DNA of 64,000 nt from Candidatus Amesbacteria bacterium (GTDB lineage: Bacteria > Patescibacteriota > Microgenomatia > CAZETR01 > Amesbacteraceae): assembly GCA_027371535.1 (NCBI GenBank), contig DAHXMV010000001.1, positions 32,879-96,878 on the forward strand, read 5' to 3'. Below are positions 9,970-17,519 of the stretch, one piece after another. Each line of letters opens with the position of its first letter. The stretch's first letter is position 1. Position numbers and translations under genes: made by a program. The notes under the pieces were generated by a model. It saw nothing but the letters and a program-made list of their open reading frames with translations, had not been told where the DNA came from and ran no database searches.

Positions 9970-10747
9970 TTGTCTTTAAAGATTCGATAATTAGATTGTT
10001 AGTGTGTCCATAATTTAGTATTTTAGATAAAAATGATTTTAATGAATAGTAATTATGGTATGCATATAAATATTTCTTCTTATTTGTTTTAAAACCTGAA
10101 ATTAATAATTCTGTCCTAAGAATTTCCAAGGTATATTTTCTGACATGATTAATTGGATTTATCCCAATTTTCAGATAATTTTCCAAATTTTCGTTTAAAG
10201 GTACAGAAGCAATAAAAATACCACCTTTTTTAGTTATTCTGTTAACCTCCCTCAAGGTTCGAAATATACCACTCGGACTAATGTGCTCTAAAACTTCTGA
10301 TGCAATTACACAATCAAAATAGTTATTTGAATAATGGATATTATCAGATTTTAGACATGTAAATGTTGCATTATGAAACCTTTTATTAGCCTCACTAACG
10401 GATTCTTTAGCTATATCAATCCCATGCCATTCATAATTAGATTGATCTATTTGTAATAATTTTTCTAAATTACAAGATCCGAACCCAATATTTAAAATCT
10501 TTTTGATTTTTTTGTTACCTTTAATCCATTTGGCAATAATATTTAATTTATTCCAGGCCATAGGATATTTCTCTTTAGATGTATCGATTTCAAAGTTTTT
10601 CTTACTCCAATAAATATTTGTATTTCTGTTCTTAATTTCTGGTAATTTACTACTATACAATGCAATAAAAGATTTAAAGTCTCTACTCCTTGCATAACTA
10701 TCTCTTAGTACTTCGAGTTTCAAGGCTTTATTATTTAGATCTTGCAT
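9941..10747 (-). CDS. class I SAM-dependent methyltransferase
   Basis: Motif I (ILNIGFGSCN), then DCVIASEVLEHI (Methyltransf_11/23-like). Confidence 0.8.
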   Translation of the reverse strand: MQDLNNKALKLEVLRDSYARSRDFKSFIALYSSKLPEIKNRNTNIYWSKKNFEIDTSKEKYPMAWNKLNIIAKWIKGNKKIKKILNIGFGSCNLEKLLQIDQSNYEWHGIDIAKESVSEANKRFHNATFTCLKSDNIHYSNNYFDCVIASEVLEHISPSGIFRTLREVNRITKKGGIFIASVPLNENLENYLKIGINPINHVRKYTLEILRTELLISGFKTNKKKYLYAYHNYYSLKSFLSKILNYGHTNNLIIESLKTNDFKKIQSY

Positions 10748-10785
10748 ATTTAAAATATATTATTATACGATTAACTTAATATAAT

Positions 10786-13470
10786 ATGAAATATATATTA
10801 AAATATTGTTTCATTTTTATTATTTCTTTAATAAGTTTAAATTATATTACAAGGGTAACTTTAAAGGCTTACTTCAATATATGGAATCTCGAAAAGGAAT
10901 TATTACCTTATGCAATACACAATAATCAAGTTTATATATTCAACAAAGATATATATTCTTTTGGTGGAAGTTCGAACATAGTAAGTAATAAGCTTTTTAT
11001 TGGAAAATTAGGATTAGATGATTCAATTTTAAATTGGAGAATATCTGATTCTACACTCCCTTTCGAATTATTATGGCATAATTTAGCTTATCTAAATCAA
11101 AATGTATATATTTTGGGTGGAAGTATATTTCCGAATTACCAACCGTATTCTATAAATAATGTCAGTCTTGGCCATATAGACAATTCTGATATTTTACATT
11201 GGATTCAAGTAAACCCCTTACCTGCACCTTTATCATTAGGCTCATCACATACATTTAATGGTTATATTTATTATTCTGGAGGAGGTTTTTGGAATGGCTC
11301 AAATTACGACTTTCCTAAACTTAGTAATAAAGTATATAAAGCCTTAGTTAATATCGATGGGGTTTTGGGTGATTGGCAAGATGCTGGTTTCCTTCCTGAA
11401 CCTTTACTTGGTCATGAAATGACTTTCATTGGAGAGAAAATCTATATTTTTGGCGGTATAAGGAATATTTGCAATCTTCCAACAACGGAATGCTATCCCA
11501 CAACAGGAAATGTGTGGGTATCGTCATTAGATAGTAAGGGTAATATATCTAGCTGGGAGAAAGTTAGTGAACTAGGTGGTGGTCCATCATATCAATTTAT
11601 GCTTATCAATTCGGGTAATTATCTAATTAAACTAGGGGGAAGAGGTAATATACTCCATGGCTCAATTTTAACCGATAATATATTTTTCTCTGAGATCGCA
11701 AGTAATGGCTCAATAGGTCCTTGGAAAGAAAGTAATTATACTTTGCCTTTAAAGCTTTGTTGCTCCGGGGTAGCTCTGAGTGAGAATAGTATTTTCTTAT
11801 TTGGTGGGCATGATGGGAAGACATATTTTAATAATGTATGGAGAGCAAAAATAGCCGATATTGTCAGTGAACCTACTCCTACTCCTACTCCCAAGATTAC
11901 AAAACCTCTGGTGTTTATTCCGGGAATGGGCGGAAGCCTGAATATGAACGCCTTTTTATATAACCAGGATTTAGATCATTCTTACTGGAAATTAGTCAGT
12001 TATGTGTCGCCTTATGACGGATTAATCAAAACCTTTAAAAAAGCCGGTTATGAGATGAATAAAACCCTGTTTATTTATACTTATGACTGGAGAAAGGATA
12101 TTAAAGAACTCACTGTCGACTTTCAGCAGTACATCAGGGACCATGTTTTAACCGGAAAACCCGACGGTACCCAAATCGATGTGGTGGGACATTGTATGGG
12201 GGGATTAATTGCCAGATCAGCGGCAAAAGACGCCTATGCGACTTACATTGATAAAGTAATTACCGCCGGCAGCCCGGTGCTGGGCAGTGCCACTGTCTAC
12301 CCGGTTTGGGAGGGGGCGGAATTGTCAGATATGCCGGATATGCAACGAATTGCAATTCAGATATTATTGCGGATACATCAAAAAGATTACGATGACCAGG
12401 TAACTGAAATTCAGGATATGATACCATCCATTCAGAATTTTTTGCCTGTCTGGAGTTATCTGCAGACAAAAAACGGACAAACAAAGGATCTGTCGAAATT
12501 GACCTGGCAAAACAATTTTTTGGGCGAGCTAAACGGTAACTCAAACAACATGGTCGGCCGGATGAGTATTTTATACGGCAGCGGCTACAATACTCCGGAA
12601 ACGATTAAAGTGGCCGAACCGGAAAGGATCCAGAAGCTGTTAGGAAAATGGATTGACGGCCAACCGACCGGCAAAATATATTCCGACGGGGATGATACGG
12701 TAACCACAAGCAGTGCACATTTGGCGGGAGTGACTCAAATTTCTGAAATTACCAATACAAATCACGGTGAAATAGTATCAGCCATTCCCGGTCAAATGGA
12801 AATAATGAGATATCTGGGGGTTAAAGATGCTGTGGCTACAGAAAACAACAATACGGATGCTCAGAAGTCATTGGCGGTATTTGTAGGGTCGCCGGTGACC
12901 TTTACCGTGGAAAATGGTGAGAAGACTTGGAACCCCAAAGACGGATTGGTGGTAATTACCAATCCCGAAAATGGAAATTATAAGATTCACGTGACCAGCA
13001 TTCTACCGGGGGAATATACGCTATATTTCGGCAGGCTTTTTAAAGGAGATACAGCGTGGGAAGAGGAAACCGGAAATTTTACCGCAGGAGAACCGACAGA
13101 AAGAGAATATATTTATAATGTAAATTTCGACAATAAAAACCTGGGGGGCAATCCCCTCGAAGATGCCATTGAAAGAATGCAGATAATAACGGATACGCTT
13201 TCAAAAGCAGAAAATACCCAGGTTTACAGCCAGGCAGCCAAGGTTTATATGACGCATATCCAGCAGGATCTCAATAATTTAAAAAGCCTAAATACAAATA
13301 ACCCGGAAGCCGGGATAAATTCGATTTTAAAACAGATCAACTTCTCATTAACCAATCTTCATACCTGGAAAATAGTACCCGAAAAATTTGATTTCGGTTC
13401 GGCATTTATAACCCAACAGATGAGACTGGTAAAAGGTGATATGGATCAATATGCCGGTGATATATTGTAG
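10786..13470 (+). CDS. secreted multidomain protein: signal/TM, Kelch-type beta-propeller, TPTPTP linker, lipase-like alpha/beta hydrolase (GHCMGG) and a C-terminal beta-sandwich
   Basis: The N-terminus is hydrophobic. Six or more Kelch-like blades recur as YIFGG / YILGG / YYSGGG / YIFGG / IKLGG / FLFGG. After the linker comes PLVFIPGMGG ... DVVGHCMGGLIARSA ... ITAGSPVLG, which matches lipase class 2 / LCAT / PGAP1-like hydrolases but has Cys at the nucleophile position. Confidence 0.8.
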   Translation: MKYILKYCFIFIISLISLNYITRVTLKAYFNIWNLEKELLPYAIHNNQVYIFNKDIYSFGGSSNIVSNKLFIGKLGLDDSILNWRISDSTLPFELLWHNLAYLNQNVYILGGSIFPNYQPYSINNVSLGHIDNSDILHWIQVNPLPAPLSLGSSHTFNGYIYYSGGGFWNGSNYDFPKLSNKVYKALVNIDGVLGDWQDAGFLPEPLLGHEMTFIGEKIYIFGGIRNICNLPTTECYPTTGNVWVSSLDSKGNISSWEKVSELGGGPSYQFMLINSGNYLIKLGGRGNILHGSILTDNIFFSEIASNGSIGPWKESNYTLPLKLCCSGVALSENSIFLFGGHDGKTYFNNVWRAKIADIVSEPTPTPTPKITKPLVFIPGMGGSLNMNAFLYNQDLDHSYWKLVSYVSPYDGLIKTFKKAGYEMNKTLFIYTYDWRKDIKELTVDFQQYIRDHVLTGKPDGTQIDVVGHCMGGLIARSAAKDAYATYIDKVITAGSPVLGSATVYPVWEGAELSDMPDMQRIAIQILLRIHQKDYDDQVTEIQDMIPSIQNFLPVWSYLQTKNGQTKDLSKLTWQNNFLGELNGNSNNMVGRMSILYGSGYNTPETIKVAEPERIQKLLGKWIDGQPTGKIYSDGDDTVTTSSAHLAGVTQISEITNTNHGEIVSAIPGQMEIMRYLGVKDAVATENNNTDAQKSLAVFVGSPVTFTVENGEKTWNPKDGLVVITNPENGNYKIHVTSILPGEYTLYFGRLFKGDTAWEEETGNFTAGEPTEREYIYNVNFDNKNLGGNPLEDAIERMQIITDTLSKAENTQVYSQAAKVYMTHIQQDLNNLKSLNTNNPEAGINSILKQINFSLTNLHTWKIVPEKFDFGSAFITQQMRLVKGDMDQYAGDIL

Positions 13471-13475
13471 CGCTT

Positions 13476-14210
13476 TTACCTACTCACGATAATAGCAGAT
13501 TTGGACGATTCGTCGGTTATCGGGAGGTGGTCACCGGTGGGATAATCGCGGATGGCGAAGAAGAATTTTGAAGATGAATAGCGGAAATTTTCACCGTGGC
13601 GGGTACCGGCGTCATTCGTGATGAATTCATCAGTTTGCGGATCGTAACCGCGAATGACAATCATATGCCTTTGGGGCCCCGGAGGAGTATAAAAAGGATT
13701 TCCCAGCAGCTGGCCATTCATGGGAGTGACTACCAGGCTTCCGGCATCCAAATAATTGACAATCTGGCTGACTGCCGTTAACTTTGCCACGCGGATTTGA
13801 TTATATTTAAAATAACCTTTAAAAATCCTGTCGGCAGCATCCCCGGCAGAAGTGTCTACAGAAGTCCCGAATTCTTTGATTTCAAAATCGGAAATTTTCT
13901 GAATTTCATTCAGCATAATCCGGGGAGTAAGGATCTGATTTTTAGCCCAATAGACGGCGATGACAGCGGCGGCCTCCTCACAACCGTTCTGCTCCTGCGG
14001 ATCCTGCCAGTTACCAAAAGGCGCCTGAGCAGCAAAGGGGACATCCGAAATATAAATCAGTTTATGGGCGGGGAAAACTGTGGGTACAGGACGTATGATA
14101 GCAGGTGTCGGCAGAATAACCGAGACGATGGTTGACGGTAAACCGGACCTGAAGAAATAAACAATAATCAGGGTAAAAATTAATAGTATGTAGACCAGGA
14201 ACCATTTCAT
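13476..14210 (-). CDS. membrane-anchored papain-like cysteine peptidase, C39-like (Peptidase_C39_2) candidate
   Basis: N-terminal TM helix. Ordered Cys/His/Asp candidates: QNGCEEAAAV, HMIVIRGYD, NDAG. Start set at MKWFL (14208-14210) because the longer ORF-track N-terminus runs through tRNA-Val. Confidence 0.55.
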   Translation of the reverse strand: MKWFLVYILLIFTLIIVYFFRSGLPSTIVSVILPTPAIIRPVPTVFPAHKLIYISDVPFAAQAPFGNWQDPQEQNGCEEAAAVIAVYWAKNQILTPRIMLNEIQKISDFEIKEFGTSVDTSAGDAADRIFKGYFKYNQIRVAKLTAVSQIVNYLDAGSLVVTPMNGQLLGNPFYTPPGPQRHMIVIRGYDPQTDEFITNDAGTRHGENFRYSSSKFFFAIRDYPTGDHLPITDESSKSAIIVSR

Positions 14211-14218
14211 GTGGAGAG

Positions 14219-14290
14219 TGGGCACAGAGGGATTTGAACCCCCGGCATCTGCAATGTGAATGCAGCGCTCTACCGCTGAGCTATGTGCCC
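14219..14290 (-). tRNA. tRNA-Val (anticodon CAC)
   Basis: Manual fold gives acceptor GGGCACA/TGTGCCC, D arm GCTC-AGCGGTA-GAGC, anticodon stem CTGCA/TGCAG with loop TTCACAT (anticodon CAC), and T arm GGGGG-TTCAAAT-CCCTC. Confidence 0.9.
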
Positions 14291-14345
14291 CTAAAGCCCC
14301 CTTCAGATCTCGACAAATTTTAACATAGGCGCCATAATTAATAAC

Positions 14346-14918
14346 ATGTTTAAATTCCTGAACCAAAAAGCGGCGGTGGCCATTTTGGAAGCTATCCAGC
14401 CGGTAGTGATGGCATTTGCCATATTTATGATGATTTATTTGTTTGTGGCCCAGCCACACAAAGTTGACGGCAGTTCCATGTATCCCAATTTCCACGACAA
14501 GGAATTTATATTAACGGACAAAATAACTTACAGAAGATCAGATCCGCAAAGAGGCGATGTAATCATCTTTCACGCTCCGCCGCCGTTTGACAGCGATTTT
14601 ATTAAGAGAATCATCGGCCTTCCGGGCGAAACCGTGATGGTTAAAGACAATCATGTATATGTGAACAGTAAATTATTACCGGAGCCGTATTTACCCTCCG
14701 ATTTTGTAACCACCGAGAAATCATTTCTCAGAGAAGGAGTGCCTTATACAATACCACTAGGCTATTACATAGTTATGGGAGATAACCGCAGCTACAGTTC
14801 AGATTCGCGCGAATGGGGACCTATAGCCAGAAGTGCAATTGTAGGCAAAGCGTGGCTTAGGTACTGGCCTATAAACGAAATCGGTTTAATCAAACACCAA
14901 AGTTACAAAAATTTCTAA
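14346..14918 (+). CDS. lepB: signal peptidase I
   Basis: S26 family boxes: GSSMYPN (catalytic Ser), KRIIGLPGE, and GDNRSYSSDSREWGP. Confidence 0.9.
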   Translation: MFKFLNQKAAVAILEAIQPVVMAFAIFMMIYLFVAQPHKVDGSSMYPNFHDKEFILTDKITYRRSDPQRGDVIIFHAPPPFDSDFIKRIIGLPGETVMVKDNHVYVNSKLLPEPYLPSDFVTTEKSFLREGVPYTIPLGYYIVMGDNRSYSSDSREWGPIARSAIVGKAWLRYWPINEIGLIKHQSYKNF

Positions 14919-15739
14919 GCGGAGATAGCTTTGTAAATCTTCTGCAACCGTTCCTCTGTTTCGGCTTGGTTACCTTTTAAGATAATGGTCAGACGGGTTT
15001 CGGCCCGCGACCTGGACAACCTGACAATGGTACCGGGTTTGCCGCCCAGAGAGTCTTCCATACCTTTACGCATGAGGTCTATTTCTTCCGACAGCTCGTG
15101 GGCGGGACGGAAACCTACGGTTTTAGGTTTGTTTCCTGATTCGGTACGCATTTTTCGGGCCAGCTCTTCCGCTCTGCGGACCGAACCGGACTCCTTCAAA
15201 ATTATCTTGTATGCATCCACAATAAGCCGATTGTCCTCTATGGCTGCCAATGCCCGAGCATGACCTTCGGTAATCAATCCGGTCAATAAGCCGTCTTTTA
15301 AAGCATCGGGCAAGGTTAACAACCGGAGGGAGTTACTTACATATGCAGGACTTTTTCCTATTCTTTGCGAAATTTCCGAGTTGCTTAAGCCAAATTCGCT
15401 AATAAGTCTTTCAAAAGCTTTTGCCCGGTCGACAGCATTTAAGTCAGAGCGCTGGACGTTTTCTACGATAGCCATTTCGAGCATACCCTGCGGAGTGGTT
15501 TCTTTGATGATAGTAGGCACTACTTGTAATCCGGCCAGCTTAGCCGCCCGCCAACGTCTCTCACCGGCAATTATCTGAAAACCGGCAGGGGTTTTGGCTA
15601 CTACCAGGGGTTCTAAAATGCCGTGTTCTCTGATGGAATCGACTAAATCTACCAAGGATTCAGGAGTAATTATGCCCCTTGGCTGAAGCGGATTTGCCTG
15701 AAGTGAGTCTATTTCAATATCGACTACCTGCTGATTCAT
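14915..15739 (-). CDS. parB: ParB/Spo0J-like partition protein (no parA adjacent)
   Basis: ParB box GERRWRAAKLAGL and HTH region (LSNSEISQRIGKSPAYVSNSLRLL). Its stop overlaps the convergent lepB stop, and its start overlaps the rpmA stop by 4 nt. Confidence 0.85.
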   Translation of the reverse strand: MNQQVVDIEIDSLQANPLQPRGIITPESLVDLVDSIREHGILEPLVVAKTPAGFQIIAGERRWRAAKLAGLQVVPTIIKETTPQGMLEMAIVENVQRSDLNAVDRAKAFERLISEFGLSNSEISQRIGKSPAYVSNSLRLLTLPDALKDGLLTGLITEGHARALAAIEDNRLIVDAYKIILKESGSVRRAEELARKMRTESGNKPKTVGFRPAHELSEEIDLMRKGMEDSLGGKPGTIVRLSRSRAETRLTIILKGNQAETEERLQKIYKAISA

Positions 15740-15987
15740 GCTGTCTGGACCGAAACCATTTTTTTGCCTTCGTGGCGAGAAAATTTTACGGTCCCATCAT
15801 TAACCGCATATAAAGTAAAATCCTTACCCATAGCTACGCCTGTACCGGCATTAACCTGACTGCCTTTTTGCCGAACAATTATATTTCCGGACTTCACTGT
15901 CTGGCCGCCGAATAATTTAACCCCCAACCGCTTACCGCGACGATTGCCTTTTTGTCTGGTAGATCCGCCTGCTTTAGTATGAGCCAT
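15736..15987 (-). CDS. rpmA: 50S ribosomal protein L27
   Basis: MAHTKAGGSTRQKGNRRGKRLGVK... is a canonical L27 sequence. Confidence 0.95.
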   Translation of the reverse strand: MAHTKAGGSTRQKGNRRGKRLGVKLFGGQTVKSGNIIVRQKGSQVNAGTGVAMGKDFTLYAVNDGTVKFSRHEGKKMVSVQTA

Positions 15988-16018
15988 GGAAGTAATTTAA
16001 CTTAGTTTTTCACGAAAG

Positions 16019-16420
16019 TCAATGATTAGCTTTCACGGGAACCTTGGTCCTTCTGACACGCGGGGCAGCAGCAATTTTGACCTCTTCTTTGGGATTAATC
16101 TCCTGTTTTTGTGAAACGACATCGGTGATTTTCAGACGGGTATATTTAGCCCGAAAACCAATAAACTTATGGTAACGGCTTTTGGCTTTGAATTTACCCA
16201 CGCGGATCTTTTCACCCTGGGGATGGTCGATTACCTGGGCGTTGACTACCATCGGCGGGGTGACAAAAGGTTTACCGACCAAAAGTTGTTCTCCGTCTGC
16301 AACCAATAATACCTGATCAAAGACCACCTGCGATTTATTTTTGCCCAGGAAATCCACCTGAATGATATCATCGGGGCGGACAACGTACTGGGAGGAGCCA
16401 ATCTGAACTATTGCCAACAT
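16019..16420 (-). CDS. rplU: 50S ribosomal protein L21 with a Lys/Arg-rich C-terminal extension
   Basis: MLAIVQIGSSQYVV... is an L21 core. About 30 extra basic residues at the C-terminus. Confidence 0.9.
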   Translation of the reverse strand: MLAIVQIGSSQYVVRPDDIIQVDFLGKNKSQVVFDQVLLVADGEQLLVGKPFVTPPMVVNAQVIDHPQGEKIRVGKFKAKSRYHKFIGFRAKYTRLKITDVVSQKQEINPKEEVKIAAAPRVRRTKVPVKANH

Positions 16421-16450
16421 ACCGACAGATTATACAGGGAACAGCAGGTT

Positions 16451-17515
16451 TTATGCAATCCGCAGACCTTCAGTGTTTTTAAGATCCAGGGCAATCGAAT
16501 TAATAAGACCTAAATTTATAGCCACGGCAATCAAAGATGAACCGCCGGCTGAAAGGAGGGGCAAAGTGATTCCGGTAATCGGCGCTAAGCCCAAATTCAT
16601 GCCAATATTGATAAATGTCTGAAAACCCAAAAGAGCCAAGGATGACAGGCAAAATAATGAAGCTTTTGAATCTGAGGTGGTCTGAGAAATACGGTAAACA
16701 CGCCAAAAAATGATTCCGTAAAGTAAAATAACCGTAAATGCTCCTACAAAACCCAGTTCTTCGGAAATTGAAGCAAAAATAAAATCGGTGTGATGTTCCG
16801 GCAGAAATTTCAGCTGAGTTTGGGTACCCCGACCCAAGCCCCGGCCAAAAATCTGCCCTGAACCGACAGCTATGGTAGACTGAATCACATGATAACCGTT
16901 GTTAAGCGGGTCCTGATAGGGGTTTAAGAATGACATTATCCGGGTTTTTTGATAACCATGAAGGACAAATTTATATACAGGAACGGTCACTACGGCAAGA
17001 AGAAGTATTATCAAGGCGATCGTTTTTAAAGAGAATTTGGACAAAACGATACTGGCCCAGCCGATAAATATAACCAGGCTGGTGCCTAAATCAGGCTGAA
17101 GATAGATGACTATAACCGGAATAATTCCCGACAAAAATAACCAATAATTGCTATGTTTAATTTTGGAAACAGCCAAAGCCGAAAAAGAAATCAGCAGAAA
17201 CGGTTTAATCAATTCGGACGGCTGGAAAGTAAACTGACCGATTAACAACCAACGCTGCGAACCCCGGCTGAGGACACCAAAAAAGGCTGTTACCAGAGAT
17301 AAAAACAAAAATAGGAAATATCCGACCGGATGCAATGAAAAAAAGACTTCATAATCGACGGTAGCAAAAATAAAATACAAACCAATCGCTATCAAAACAA
17401 AGATCAATTGGTTGAAAACCAACCCCGGAGCCACACTTCTGATAATGGCAAGGCTGATCAAAATCAAAAGCAGGGAAGGTAATATTAAAAACCAATCCGG
17501 GCGGAATTTGAACAT
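16451..17515 (-). CDS. SEDS family peptidoglycan glycosyltransferase (RodA/FtsW-like), second copy
   Basis: SEDS motifs (GSGQIFGRGLGRGTQTQLKFLPEHHTDFIFASISEELGF) and about 10 TM helices. Lies outside the dcw cluster, so it is probably the elongation paralog. Confidence 0.85.
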   Translation of the reverse strand: MFKFRPDWFLILPSLLLILISLAIIRSVAPGLVFNQLIFVLIAIGLYFIFATVDYEVFFSLHPVGYFLFLFLSLVTAFFGVLSRGSQRWLLIGQFTFQPSELIKPFLLISFSALAVSKIKHSNYWLFLSGIIPVIVIYLQPDLGTSLVIFIGWASIVLSKFSLKTIALIILLLAVVTVPVYKFVLHGYQKTRIMSFLNPYQDPLNNGYHVIQSTIAVGSGQIFGRGLGRGTQTQLKFLPEHHTDFIFASISEELGFVGAFTVILLYGIIFWRVYRISQTTSDSKASLFCLSSLALLGFQTFINIGMNLGLAPITGITLPLLSAGGSSLIAVAINLGLINSIALDLKNTEGLRIA

Positions 17516-17519
17516 GGTT

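Larger units (their letters stand above)
8278..11880. other. AT-rich compositional cassette within the glycan locus
   Basis: By eye the region has markedly lower GC than both flanks (roughly one-third vs about one-half). It spans the acetyltransferase, GT4 and methyltransferase genes and the Kelch-encoding 5' half of ORF 10786-13470. The right-hand boundary lies near the TPTPTP linker codons. Confidence 0.5.

Noticed and set aside
11869-11896. ACTCCT tandem repeat (ACT CCT ACT CCT ACT CCC) as a possible microsatellite or repeat element
   Set aside because: It encodes an in-frame Thr-Pro linker between two domains. It is relevant only as the compositional junction noted in the findings.
13596-14135. 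Plus-strand ORFs (61 and 112 aa) opposite the C39-like peptidase, and the long N-terminal extension of the peptidase ORF through 14211-14495
   Set aside because: The extension would translate through tRNA-Val on the opposite strand; its GAHSSAVERCIHIADAGGSNPS stretch is simply the tRNA read antisense. The true start was placed after the tRNA.
15985-16020. parS-like sequence AGTTTTTCACGAAAGTCA between rplU and rpmA (a second weak one at about 12958-12973)
   Set aside because: Only about 11 of 16 matches to TGTTTCACGTGAAACA and not palindromic. Most likely chance.
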